64,000 bases of DNA from an uncultured Rubrivirga sp. (GTDB lineage: Bacteria; Actinomycetota; Actinomycetes; S36-B12). The translations under genes and the position numbers were made by a program. A model generated the notes under the pieces. That model searched no databases and was not told the origin of the DNA. It saw only the letters and a list, made by a program, of their open reading frames with translations. The DNA is taken from positions 3,646 through 67,645 of the forward strand of contig CAZJYN010000002.1 of assembly GCA_964550285.1 (NCBI GenBank), read 5' to 3'. This document shows positions 37,083 through 48,658 of the stretch, piece after piece (within the stretch, counting starts at the first letter, position 1; each line of letters opens with the position of its first letter).

Positions 37083-38384
37083 CTAGCGCACGATGCGAGC
37101 GGGATTCTCCATCGCATCGATAAACACCTGCATCCAGCGCGCAGCGGTGGCGCCATCGATAGGCCGGTGATCGACCGACAGCGAGAACTGCACGGTCGTG
37201 GCGATCTCGACGTTGCCGTCGCGAGCCACCGGTTGTTGCTGAGCGGCGCCGACAGCCAGGATGGTCGACTGCGGCGGGTTGATGATGGCGTCGAAGCCCT
37301 CGGTTCCGAACATGCCGAGGTTGGAAACGCTCGTCGTCCCACCTTCGAGTTCGTTCTGGCGAAGCCCGCCGTCCTTAGCCCGCGCCGCGAAGTCCTTGGT
37401 GATCAGCGCGAGTTGCCCCAAGCTCAACGAGCCGACATCGCGTACTACCGGTGTGACCAACCCGGTTTCGGTCGCGATCGCAACGGAGATATCCACGGTG
37501 TCGAACGCGCGAACGGCGTCTTCCGTCCAGATGACGTTGGCTTCGGGGACTTTGCCGTGGGCGTAGGCGACGGCCTTGATGATGAAGTCGTTGACCGAGA
37601 CCCGGTTTTCCTCGCCGTCGTTCATCTGCGCTCGCATCGCGAGAAGATCGTCGACCACAGCGGTTCCGCGCAGGTAGAAGTGCGGGACCGTGGACTTGCT
37701 CTCGGTGAGGCGACTGGCGATCGCCTTGCGCAGACGCGTATGCGGAATCTCGCGGTAGCCGGCGGCCGACGCAGCAACCGGTGTCGAAGCTGGTGCTTGT
37801 GACGCCGCGGGTGCGGCCGGCTGCGAAGCCGCCGGCGCAGCCCCGGATGCGATCGCGGCTTCGACATCACGGCGCCGGATGCGCCCACCGGGCCCAGACC
37901 CCACCAGGGCCGCAAGGCCGATACCGGCTTCACGTGCCATGCGGCGGGCGATAGGGCTGGCGAAGATCCGACCGACGGTTGGTTGCGATTGCGTGGTGGC
38001 TGGCACTTGCTCGGCTGGCTCGGCTGGCTCGGCTGGCTCGGCTTGCCCGGCTTGCTCGGCTGGCTCTGCTGGCACTGAAGCCGCCTGCTCTGAGTCGCCG
38101 ATGCCCAGGGCTGCAGCTGCCGCCACCGGATCGGCGACCTCCTCGCCAACAGCGGCCCAGATCGCGATCGGATCGCCGGTGGCGACCTCTTGGCCATCGG
38201 ATGCCAAGAAGTGCACGATGCGTCCGTCGCCCTCGGCCTCCATGTCGACCACGGCCTTGTCGGTCTCCAACACCGCGATGACATCACCGGTTGCGTACTG
38301 CTGATCGATCCCGACCTGCCATGCGGACAAGATCGCGCTCGTGGAGCCCGTGGCCACCTCGGGCATGCGCAGCAACTCAGGCAT
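37083..38384 (-). CDS. 2-oxoacid dehydrogenase E2 component (dihydrolipoamide acyltransferase)
   Basis: 433 aa. Lipoyl domain (LETDKAVVDMEA), a (PAE)n linker, a peripheral-subunit-binding domain (ASPIARRMAREAGI) and a catalytic domain with SVDHRPIDGA. Confidence 0.9.
   Translation of the reverse strand: MPELLRMPEVATGSTSAILSAWQVGIDQQYATGDVIAVLETDKAVVDMEAEGDGRIVHFLASDGQEVATGDPIAIWAAVGEEVADPVAAAAALGIGDSEQAASVPAEPAEQAGQAEPAEPAEPAEQVPATTQSQPTVGRIFASPIARRMAREAGIGLAALVGSGPGGRIRRRDVEAAIASGAAPAASQPAAPAASQAPASTPVAASAAGYREIPHTRLRKAIASRLTESKSTVPHFYLRGTAVVDDLLAMRAQMNDGEENRVSVNDFIIKAVAYAHGKVPEANVIWTEDAVRAFDTVDISVAIATETGLVTPVVRDVGSLSLGQLALITKDFAARAKDGGLRQNELEGGTTSVSNLGMFGTEGFDAIINPPQSTILAVGAAQQQPVARDGNVEIATTVQFSLSVDHRPIDGATAARWMQVFIDAMENPARIVR
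38010..38072 (-). repeat. in-frame 9-nt tandem repeat (7 units) encoding the (PAE)n linker of E2
   Basis: CTCGGCTGG occurs three times perfectly, followed by four degenerate units. It translates on the minus strand to ...AEPAEQAGQAEPAEPAEPAEQ.... Confidence 0.8.
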
Positions 38385-40557
38385 CGACGATCACCTTCAA
38401 CTTCTCCACGACTTCCTCGGACTGGGCGATGGCAGCGCGCTCGAGGACCTTGCTGATACTCGGTGAGGCTTCCCTGCCGGTGACCCGCTGGACGGGTTGA
38501 TCGAGCCAATCGAATAGCCGTCGCTGGATCTCGTCGGCAAGCCAGCCGCCGTAGGAGGTGCCCTGCGCACCCTGCTCGGCGATGAGGACGTTGTTGGTCT
38601 TCTTCACGCTGGCCTCGATGGTCTCCCAATCGATGCTGGCGCGATCGAGCCAACGCAGGTCGATGACGTCGGCATCGACATCACCGACTTCATCGAGTGC
38701 CTTCAACACGTATTGGGTCATCGCTAGGTAGGTGATGATCGTGATGTCCTCGCCCGTTCGGCGCAGTGCGGCCTTACCGACCGGCAGGCAGAAGTCGAAG
38801 TCCTCATCTGGACCCGGACCGGTAGTCGTGTAGAGGTCCACGTGCTCGAGGACGACCACCGGGTCATCGCACGCGAGGGCGGTGTTCATCAGACCGACGT
38901 AGTCGTAGGGAGTGGACGGGGCGACGATCCGCCAACCCGGATTCGTGGCCAGCACCCCGGCGGGGTCCATCGAGTGTTGCGAGCCGTAGCCGGTGCCTTG
39001 GGCGACCTTGCTACGCAACACGACCGGGACCGGACTGGTGCCACCGAACATGTGTCGGGCCTTGCCGATCTGGTTGAAGAGTTGGTCCGCAGCGACCCAC
39101 ATGAAGTCGGCGTACATGAACTCCACGACCGGCCGGTACCTGCCATCGAGGGCGATGCCGCCGGCGAGGCCGGTGAAGGCGTTTTCGCTGATCGGGGTAC
39201 CTAGGACCCGGTCCGGGTAGGACTCCTTCAGGCCGCGGGTGGCGCCATTGGTACCGCCGTTCAGCCGGTGGATGTCCTCGCCCATGATCACGATGCGATC
39301 GTCTTGTTCCATCCGCCGAGCCATCACCCCGGCTACGGCGTCGATGAACTTCATCTCCGGCTGGGCGGCCATGTCCGGCTCGTCGTTGCGCACCGGTAGC
39401 GCCTCGAGTTCGCTGAGATCGCCACGAACGCCGACGTCCGCGAACGCCGGATCGGGCCACTCGTCCTCACGGATGCGACGCTCCCCCGGCTTGCCGCCGG
39501 GCAGTGGTTCGGTCAACTCGCCGGCCAATTCGGCCATCAGGTCCTTGGCGCGGGCCGTGGTGTCGGCCACCTGCTCCTCGGTCAGCAGGCCGCGACGCTG
39601 CAGGTGGGAGGCGACCTGCTCGATCGGGTCGCGCGCCCGCCACTGGGCTTCTTCGTCCTTGGTGCGGTAGCGGAAGGCACTACCCGGGAACGGACCGTTT
39701 TGGTGGAAGTAGCGGTAGACGTCGGCTTCCACGACGGTGGGCCCGTTGCCAGCGCGCATGTGGGCGACGGCATCGCTCATCGTCAGGTACACCGAGAGTG
39801 GGTTCATGCCATCGACGCGCCAGCTCGCAATCCCGAACCCCGGCCCGCGGCCCGACAGCCGGGGGTCCCCGGTTGCCTCCGCGACGTGCGTGGAGACCGC
39901 GTACTGGTTGTTCTCCACGAAGAAGGACAACGGGATGTCCCACGCCGCGGTCAGGTTGAAGGTCTCCAGGGTGGAACCGATGTTCGCCGCTCCATCGCCG
40001 AAGTAGGTGACGGCCACGTTGTCCGTGCCGGCGTGCTTGTGCGACCACGCCGAGCCCGCAGCCAGCGGAACCCCGCCACCCACGATCGCGTTGGTACCGA
40101 TGGCGCCGGCTTCCTCCCACTGCAAGTGCATCGAACCGCCGCGCCCGTGGCTGTAGCCCCGGTCGAGACCGCAGATCTCGGCGAGCGTGGTGAGCAGTGC
40201 GTGTCGTACCGAGTCCGGGTAGTCGGCGGTGGGGTCGAGGCCCTCCGGTGCGAGGTAGTGCAGCACCTTGGCCAGAAACTGATGGTGTCCGCGGTGCGAT
40301 CCGTTGACGGTGTCGGCCGCGTTCAAGGCGAGCACCGAACCGACGGCCGCACCCTCTTGCCCGATGCTGGAGTGGGCCGGGCCGTGCACGAGGCCACCGG
40401 CGGCCATCTCCAGTACCTGCTCCTCGAAGGTCCGGATCAGGACCAGTTGAGTGAACATGTCGGTCAACAGGCCCGCGGGCGCGGCATCCCAGTCCGCTTC
40501 CTCGGCGTCGAGTTGGATCCAGGGGGCCGAGGGGTGCAGCTCTTGGCGCTGAGTCAT
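38377..40557 (-). CDS. 2-oxoacid dehydrogenase E1 component, alpha-beta fusion
   Basis: About 726 aa. The alpha part carries ThDP motif YFGDGAANIGSTLETFNLTAAW...ENNQYAVS. The beta part starts near MKFIDAVAGVMARRM...GEDIHRLNGG...TPISENAFTG. Start set to ATG 40557 (MTQRQELHP), with an alternative GTG at 40590. 8-nt overlap with E2. Confidence 0.85.
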   Translation of the reverse strand: MTQRQELHPSAPWIQLDAEEADWDAAPAGLLTDMFTQLVLIRTFEEQVLEMAAGGLVHGPAHSSIGQEGAAVGSVLALNAADTVNGSHRGHHQFLAKVLHYLAPEGLDPTADYPDSVRHALLTTLAEICGLDRGYSHGRGGSMHLQWEEAGAIGTNAIVGGGVPLAAGSAWSHKHAGTDNVAVTYFGDGAANIGSTLETFNLTAAWDIPLSFFVENNQYAVSTHVAEATGDPRLSGRGPGFGIASWRVDGMNPLSVYLTMSDAVAHMRAGNGPTVVEADVYRYFHQNGPFPGSAFRYRTKDEEAQWRARDPIEQVASHLQRRGLLTEEQVADTTARAKDLMAELAGELTEPLPGGKPGERRIREDEWPDPAFADVGVRGDLSELEALPVRNDEPDMAAQPEMKFIDAVAGVMARRMEQDDRIVIMGEDIHRLNGGTNGATRGLKESYPDRVLGTPISENAFTGLAGGIALDGRYRPVVEFMYADFMWVAADQLFNQIGKARHMFGGTSPVPVVLRSKVAQGTGYGSQHSMDPAGVLATNPGWRIVAPSTPYDYVGLMNTALACDDPVVVLEHVDLYTTTGPGPDEDFDFCLPVGKAALRRTGEDITIITYLAMTQYVLKALDEVGDVDADVIDLRWLDRASIDWETIEASVKKTNNVLIAEQGAQGTSYGGWLADEIQRRLFDWLDQPVQRVTGREASPSISKVLERAAIAQSEEVVEKLKVIVDA

Positions 40558-40575
40558 AGCGGGACGATGGCAGAA

Positions 40576-40587
40576 ATTGGATCCAAT
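40576..40587. promoter_or_regulatory. perfect 12-bp palindrome ATTGGATCCAAT (candidate GntR/FadR-type operator)
   Basis: Lies in the AT-richer divergent spacer between the fused E1 gene and the VOC-GntR genes. A second partial copy lies at 40638-40648. Confidence 0.45.
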
Positions 40588-40637
40588 CACAACCCAAAAT
40601 CCCAGATTTATCGATTATCAACCGTCGCTGGGCATAG

Positions 40638-40648
40638 ATTGGATCCAG
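40638..40648. promoter_or_regulatory. second copy ATTGGATCCAG (palindromic core TGGATCCA)
   Basis: Shares 10 of 12 positions with 40576-40587. Lies 35 nt upstream of the VOC start codon. Confidence 0.4.
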
Positions 40649-40682
40649 AACGCGGAAAGTGAACCTCGAGCAAGGAGAGAAG

Positions 40683-41186
40683 ATGGCGATACCGGGGCTC
40701 CAGCGGCTGGACCACATCGGCTTCACCGTGCCCGACCTATCCGAGGCGGACCGGTTCTTGGTGGATGTCCTGGGCTGTGAGTACATGTACAAGCTCGGGC
40801 CCTACGCCCACCCCGATACCGACTGGATGAGCGAACACCTCGACGTCCACCCCCGCGCCGTGATGCGCCAACTGCACTTCTACCGACTCGGCGGACAAGC
40901 GGTGTTCGAGGTCTTCGAGTACGAGGCACCGGACCAGGATCGTCAGGTCCCCCGCAACAGCGATGTCGGTGGGCATCACGTGGCCGTGTACGTCGACGAC
41001 CTCGACGCCGCGATCGCCTACTTGGAGGGCAAGGGCGTGGAGATCTTGAGCACGCCGACGGTGAGCAAGAACGCCAGCGAAGGCCAGCGCTGGGTCTATT
41101 TCAAGGCACCGTGGGGCATGTACTTCGAGTTGTGCTCCTACCCCGACGGTAAGGCCTTCGATCACCATCCGGAACTATTCGATTGA
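40683..41186 (+). CDS. VOC-family (glyoxalase/bleomycin-resistance/dioxygenase fold) protein
   Basis: Start MAIPGLQRLDHIGFTVPDL after AAGGAGAG. A second beta-alpha-beta-beta-beta module has GGHHVAVYVDDLDAA. Confidence 0.8.
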   Translation: MAIPGLQRLDHIGFTVPDLSEADRFLVDVLGCEYMYKLGPYAHPDTDWMSEHLDVHPRAVMRQLHFYRLGGQAVFEVFEYEAPDQDRQVPRNSDVGGHHVAVYVDDLDAAIAYLEGKGVEILSTPTVSKNASEGQRWVYFKAPWGMYFELCSYPDGKAFDHHPELFD

Positions 41187-41187
41187 G

Positions 41188-41841
41188 ATGACCGAAGCAC
41201 CAGCCGGCGCCACCGGCCGCATCCTGCATTCCCTTCGCGCCGAGATCCTCAGCGGCGCCATCGGCCCAGGCGAACGACTCCGCCAAGAGGACATCGCCGC
41301 GAGACTGGGCGGGAGCCGCCTTCCGGTGCGCGAGGCGTTGCGCACCCTGGCAGCCGAGGGCCTAGTGGAGATCGAGGCCAATAAGGGCGCCCGCGTTCCG
41401 ATGCTGGATCGCGAGGAGGTGCAAACGCTGTACCTGATGCGCGAGCGGCTCGAGCCGCTGGCGTTAGCCACCAGCCTGCCGCGCCTTACGGCCAGCGATA
41501 TCGACGCAGCCGAAGCCATCCAAGAACGCATCGAAGCAGGGGTAGACGTCATCGACTTCCTCACCTTGGACCGCGAACTGCACATGCTCACCTACACCGG
41601 GTGCCACGACGAGCAACTGATGTCCACTATCGAGCGACTGTGGAACTCCACCCAGCACTACCGACGTGCCTTCATGGAATCGGGTGGACCGGGCCGGGCG
41701 TGGGTCATCAACGCCGAGCACCGGTTACTGCTCGATGCCCTGCGGCAAGGCGACTCCGAGGGGGCCGAGCTGCACCTGCTCGGTCATATTCGCCGCACGC
41801 GGCGTGAACTGTCCTCGGCCTCGCACCTGTTCGACGAGTAA
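41188..41841 (+). CDS. GntR-family transcriptional regulator (FadR/FCD subfamily)
   Basis: 217 aa. wHTH RLRQEDIAARLGGSRLPVREALRTLAAEGLV plus an all-helical FCD-type C-domain. Starts 1 nt after the VOC gene. Confidence 0.85.
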   Translation: MTEAPAGATGRILHSLRAEILSGAIGPGERLRQEDIAARLGGSRLPVREALRTLAAEGLVEIEANKGARVPMLDREEVQTLYLMRERLEPLALATSLPRLTASDIDAAEAIQERIEAGVDVIDFLTLDRELHMLTYTGCHDEQLMSTIERLWNSTQHYRRAFMESGGPGRAWVINAEHRLLLDALRQGDSEGAELHLLGHIRRTRRELSSASHLFDE

Positions 41842-41892
41842 TGACCGCCGCACCTGCTTGGCTGGCCGGTGCGGATATGCCACCCTCTCGCC

Positions 41893-42744
41893 ATGACCGC
41901 GATCACTTTGGACGGAAAGGCGACGGCAGCCGCCGTCAAGGCGCAACTAGCCGAGCGAGTCGAGGCACTCACAGCGGCCGGCATCAAGCCCGGTTTGGGC
42001 ACCGTGCTCGTCGGCGACGATCCGGGATCGCACGCGTACGTCGGCGGAAAGCACAAGGACTGCGCCGAGGTCGGCATCGCTTCGATCCGGGTCGATTTGC
42101 CCGCCGATACCAGCCAGGGCGAACTCGAAGCCGAGATCGATCGCCTGAACAACGATCCCGCCGTCACCGGCTACATCGTGCAACTCCCGCTTCCCAAGCA
42201 GCTGGATGCGAACCGCGTGCTGGAACTCATGGACCCGGCGAAGGACGCCGACGGCCTGCACCCGATGAACCTCGGCAGGTTGGTGCTGGGCATCGACGCA
42301 CCACTGCCCTGCACACCGCGCGGCATCGTGGAACTACTGCGCGCCTACGACGTCCCGATCAACGGCGCGCACGCGGTGGTGATCGGTCGCGGCGTGACCG
42401 TCGGTCGGCCTTTGGGTCTGCTGCTTACCCGGCGCAGCGAGAACGCGACGGTGACGTTGTGCCACACCGGTACTGCGGACATAGCAGCCGAGATCGCCCG
42501 CGCCGACATCGTCGTCGCAGCAGCCGGAGTGCCCGCGATGGTCAACGCGGAGAACGTCAAGCCCGGTGCCGCCGTCCTCGATGTAGGCATCACCCGCACC
42601 GATGAAGGCCTCGTCGGCGATGTCGCCAAGGATGTCGTCGACGTCGCCGGCTTCGTGGCACCCATGCCCGGTGGCACCGGACCCATGACCCGCGCGATGC
42701 TGCTGGCCAACGTGGTCGAGGCCGCCGAGAAGTCCCTGCGATAG
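41893..42744 (+). CDS. folD: bifunctional methylenetetrahydrofolate dehydrogenase/methenyl-THF cyclohydrolase
   Basis: Trimmed to [19 protein letters not shown].... Motifs [20 protein letters not shown] and PGGTGPMT. Confidence 0.9.
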   Translation: MTAITLDGKATAAAVKAQLAERVEALTAAGIKPGLGTVLVGDDPGSHAYVGGKHKDCAEVGIASIRVDLPADTSQGELEAEIDRLNNDPAVTGYIVQLPLPKQLDANRVLELMDPAKDADGLHPMNLGRLVLGIDAPLPCTPRGIVELLRAYDVPINGAHAVVIGRGVTVGRPLGLLLTRRSENATVTLCHTGTADIAAEIARADIVVAAAGVPAMVNAENVKPGAAVLDVGITRTDEGLVGDVAKDVVDVAGFVAPMPGGTGPMTRAMLLANVVEAAEKSLR

Positions 42745-42756
42745 CGGCACCGCCAC

Positions 42757-43071
42757 ATGGGCGATATAGGCGATAACGAGACGGACAACGTTCGCGACCT
42801 ACGCGAGCGTCGGTGGTGGAACCAATGGCCGATCGCCGTAGTGCTGTTCGGTGTGGTCGTCGCCCTCGGCCTGGTCTCCTTCGACTACTTCAGGCGCGGG
42901 GCCATCGTCCTCGCCGGAAGCGTGCTGCTCGCCGCCTTCCTGCGCCTGCTGCTACCCGACCGGGAAGCCGGCCTGCTGGTCGTGCGATCCAGACGGGTGG
43001 ACGTCGCCATCTTGGGCACACTCGGAATCCTGCTCGCGGTCTTCGCCTTTTGGGTCCCACCACCGCGTTAG
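42757..43071 (+). CDS. small membrane protein (DUF3017-like)
   Basis: 104 aa, three predicted TM helices. As I recall, this position between folD and mdh is typical of the actinobacterial DUF3017 gene. Confidence 0.6.
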   Translation: MGDIGDNETDNVRDLRERRWWNQWPIAVVLFGVVVALGLVSFDYFRRGAIVLAGSVLLAAFLRLLLPDREAGLLVVRSRRVDVAILGTLGILLAVFAFWVPPPR

Positions 43072-43128
43072 ACGCGATCACCTCCACCCTCGCGCCGCCC
43101 GGCGGGCTAACCGCTCCGTCCAGCCGGT

Positions 43129-43144
43129 ATCTTGACGTCAAGAT
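43129..43144. promoter_or_regulatory. perfect 16-bp palindrome ATCTTGACGTCAAGAT upstream of mdh
   Basis: Self-complementary over all 16 nt, 31 nt upstream of the mdh ATG, followed by TTCTTCCCCC. Either an operator or a weak 6-bp-stem hairpin. Confidence 0.4.
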
Positions 43145-43174
43145 TTCTTCCCCCTGACTGCGGAGGACTCCCCC

Positions 43175-44131
43175 ATGGCACGAAGCGGCAAGGTGACGGT
43201 TGTCGGCGCTGGTTTCTACGGATCCACGACGGCACTGCGATTGGCCGAATACGACATCTTCGAAACCGTCGTCTTGACCGACGTGGTCGACGGCAAGGCC
43301 GAGGGCCTGGCGCTGGATATGAACCAGTCGCGCTGGGTCGAGGGCTTCGAGACCAAACTGGTGGGCCAGACCACCGGCGCGAACGGTGAGGGCTACGAGG
43401 CGATCGCCGGCTCGGAGATCGTGATCATCACCGCCGGCTTGCCGCGCAAGCCCGGGATGAGCCGGATGGACCTGATCGAAACCAACGCCAAGATCATGCG
43501 TCAGGTGGCCGAGAACGTGGCGAAGTACGCACCGGAGTGCGTGGTCATCAACGTGGCGAACCCACTCGATGAGATGACCGCGCTCGCGCAGATCGTCACG
43601 CAGTTCCCGCACAACCGGGTGATCGGACAAGCCGGAATGCTCGACACCGCGCGCTTCACGCACTTTGTGGCCGAGGAGCTCGACGTTCCGGTCGGCTCGG
43701 TCAAGACGCTCACCCTGGGCTCGCACGGCGACACCATGGTCCCGGTGGCCTCGGTGTGCGCTGTGGACGGCAAGCCGCTGACCGATCTGGTCTCAGCGGA
43801 GAAGGTGGACGAACTAGTCGAGCGCACCCGCGCCGGCGGCGCGGAGATCGTCGGGCTGCTTAAGACCGGCTCGGCGTACTACGCCCCGTCCGCCGCAGCG
43901 GCTCGAATGGCGCGCGCGGTGCACGAGGACTCCGGTGCGGTTATGCCGGTATGCGCGTGGGTCGACGGCGAATACGGACTAGCCGGTGCCTACCTCGGCG
44001 TGGAAGCCGAACTGGGCTCAGGGGGCATCCGCAAGGTCATCGAGACGCCCATGACCGACGACGAGAAAGCCCTCCTCGCGGAGGCGTACGAAGCTGTGAA
44101 GGCCAAGCAGGCCGACGTCAAGGATCTGTGA
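43175..44131 (+). CDS. mdh: malate dehydrogenase (LDH-like type)
   Basis: 318 aa. [27 protein letters not shown] and GSHGDTMVP motifs. GGAGGA RBS. Confidence 0.9.
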   Translation: MARSGKVTVVGAGFYGSTTALRLAEYDIFETVVLTDVVDGKAEGLALDMNQSRWVEGFETKLVGQTTGANGEGYEAIAGSEIVIITAGLPRKPGMSRMDLIETNAKIMRQVAENVAKYAPECVVINVANPLDEMTALAQIVTQFPHNRVIGQAGMLDTARFTHFVAEELDVPVGSVKTLTLGSHGDTMVPVASVCAVDGKPLTDLVSAEKVDELVERTRAGGAEIVGLLKTGSAYYAPSAAAARMARAVHEDSGAVMPVCAWVDGEYGLAGAYLGVEAELGSGGIRKVIETPMTDDEKALLAEAYEAVKAKQADVKDL

Positions 44132-44139
44132 GGAGACCC

Positions 44140-45354
44140 GTGTCCAAGATCAAGGTTGAGAACCCCGTCGTCGAACTCGACGGCGATGAGATGACCCGCA
44201 TCATCTGGCAGTTCATCAAGGACGAGTTGATCCTGAAGTACCTCGATGTCGATCTGAAGTACTACGACCTCGGCATCGAATACCGCGACTCGACCGACGA
44301 TCAGGTCACGATCGACGCTGCGCATGCCATCCAGGAGTACGGCGTGGGCGTGAAGTGCGCGACGATCACCCCGGATGAGGCCCGAGTCGAGGAATTCGGC
44401 CTGAAGAAGATGTGGCGTTCGCCCAACGGGACCATCCGCAACATCCTCGGCGGTGTCATCTTCCGCGAACCGATCATCATCGACAACATCCCGCGTCTGG
44501 TTCCCACCTGGACCAAGCCGATCATCGTCGGCCGTCATGCATTCGGCGACCAGTACCGGGCGACGGACTTCAAGGTCGAGAAGGCCGGCACGCTCACGAT
44601 GACCTTCACTCCCGAAGACGGCTCCGAGCCGATGGAGTTCAACGTCTTCGACTTCCCGGCCGGTGGCGTGGCGATGGGCATGTACAACCTCGATGAGTCC
44701 ATCCGTGACTTCGCGCGTGCATCGTTCCGCTACGGACTCGCGCGCAACTACCCCGTCTACATGTCCACCAAGAACACGATCCTCAAGGCCTACGACGGCC
44801 GATTCAAGGATCTATTCGCCGAGGTCTTCGAGGCAGAGTTCAAGGACGACTTCGACAAGGCCGGCATCACCTACGAGCATCGGTTGATCGACGACATGGT
44901 CGCCGCTGCATTGAAGTGGGAGGGCGGCTACGTCTGGGCTTGTAAGAACTACGACGGCGATGTCCAGTCCGACACCGTAGCCCAAGGCTTCGGTTCGCTG
45001 GGGCTGATGACCTCGGTTCTGATGACGCCGGACGGCAAGACCGTCGAGGCCGAGGCGGCGCACGGCACGGTTACCCGCCACTTCCGGCAGCACCAGCAGG
45101 GCAAGCCCACCTCCACCAACCCGATCGCTTCGATCTTCGCCTGGACACGGGGCCTAGAGCACCGTGGCAAGCTGGACGGAACGCCGGCGGTGAGCGAGTT
45201 CGCTCGCACCCTCGAGCGCGTGTGCATTCAAACCGTCGAGGAGGGCAAGATGACGAAAGATCTTGCGCTGCTGATCGGTCCGGATCAAGGCTGGCAGACC
45301 ACCCAGGAGTTCCTGGCCTCGATCGACGAGAACCTGCGTAAGGCGATGGCCTAG
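44140..45354 (+). CDS. icd: NADP-dependent isocitrate dehydrogenase (about 405-aa subfamily II, eukaryote-like)
   Basis: GTG start after [29 protein letters not shown]..., [12 protein letters not shown] and [12 protein letters not shown]. Confidence 0.9.
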   Translation: MSKIKVENPVVELDGDEMTRIIWQFIKDELILKYLDVDLKYYDLGIEYRDSTDDQVTIDAAHAIQEYGVGVKCATITPDEARVEEFGLKKMWRSPNGTIRNILGGVIFREPIIIDNIPRLVPTWTKPIIVGRHAFGDQYRATDFKVEKAGTLTMTFTPEDGSEPMEFNVFDFPAGGVAMGMYNLDESIRDFARASFRYGLARNYPVYMSTKNTILKAYDGRFKDLFAEVFEAEFKDDFDKAGITYEHRLIDDMVAAALKWEGGYVWACKNYDGDVQSDTVAQGFGSLGLMTSVLMTPDGKTVEAEAAHGTVTRHFRQHQQGKPTSTNPIASIFAWTRGLEHRGKLDGTPAVSEFARTLERVCIQTVEEGKMTKDLALLIGPDQGWQTTQEFLASIDENLRKAMA

Positions 45355-46217
45355 GCACCACGTTTGGTGCGCATCAAGCCTTCCTGCACCACCGAGGCGA
45401 CCAAGGTTCCCGCCTCGTCGTAGAACAGGCCTCGGGAGATGCCATGGCCTCCGCGCGCAGCGGGGGTGTCCTGGTCGAACAGCAGCCAATCGTGGACATC
45501 CATCGGCGCGTGGAACCACATCGCGTGGTCGATCGAGGCGACCTGGAGTCGACCGCGCTCATCGCGGTGCGGGCTCGTGGCCGTGGTGACCATGCTCAGG
45601 TCCGACAGGTAGGTAAGCGCGCACGCCTGCACCAGCGGGTCGGCGGGCATCGGCTCGGTTACCCGCACCCAGGCCATCCGTTCGTAGCGTCCGTCCTCGA
45701 GAGCGAGTGGCCCTTCGGGAGCCAGGGTCCGCATCTCGATGAGCGCTCGATCGGGGAAGTCGTAGTCCGCGGCGCTAGCCCCCGTCGGTACCGCGCGAGA
45801 GGCCAGGTCCACATCCCGCGCGTGCTGTGGACCCGGAACATCGGGCTTGGCGAATTGGTGCTCCGGGCCCGGATCGATGACCGAGAAGGACGTCGTCATC
45901 ATGAAGATCGTCTCGCCATGCTGGACGGCACGCACGATTCGCGTAGAGAACGACCCGCCGTCTCGGGGTCGGTCGACCAGGTAGGTGATGGTGTCCTTCG
46001 TACGTCCCGGTCGCAGGAAGTAGCCGTGCAGTGAGTGCACGTACCGATCGGGCTCCTCGACAGTGTGCCCGGCGGCCATCAATGCCTGGGCGGCGATCTG
46101 ACCGCCGTAGGCACGCAAGGGTGCACCGGAGTGGCAAATACCGGTGAAGATGTCCCGGTCCACCTGGGCCAGCGCCAACCGATCGACGAAATGCTCCCCA
46201 CCGACACCATCAGCCAT
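45351..46217 (-). CDS. tesB: acyl-CoA thioesterase II (double hot-dog)
   Basis: Trimmed to [26 protein letters not shown].... [10 protein letters not shown] in the first hot-dog and a second half ending in [21 protein letters not shown]. Confidence 0.8.
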   Translation of the reverse strand: MADGVGGEHFVDRLALAQVDRDIFTGICHSGAPLRAYGGQIAAQALMAAGHTVEEPDRYVHSLHGYFLRPGRTKDTITYLVDRPRDGGSFSTRIVRAVQHGETIFMMTTSFSVIDPGPEHQFAKPDVPGPQHARDVDLASRAVPTGASAADYDFPDRALIEMRTLAPEGPLALEDGRYERMAWVRVTEPMPADPLVQACALTYLSDLSMVTTATSPHRDERGRLQVASIDHAMWFHAPMDVHDWLLFDQDTPAARGGHGISRGLFYDEAGTLVASVVQEGLMRTKRGA

Positions 46218-46306
46218 GCCCGTGACCCTAGTCTTGGCGAGAGCGCGTATGTCGTCGGAGGACCTGAGGACATACGCCCGAGGCAACGAAGGAGCTGCAG
46301 GGCTGC

Positions 46307-48644
<2,338 letters not shown>

Positions 48645-48658
48645 TCGGCTGTGTCGGT

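Noticed and set aside
38010-38072. Short tandem repeats, here and in the Pro/Ala (63690-63800) and acidic-linker (30330-30420, 5200-5300) regions, considered as possible CRISPR-like or non-coding satellite arrays.
   Set aside because: All are in frame inside well-supported genes and encode low-complexity linkers. There are no spacers of unique sequence and no cas genes.
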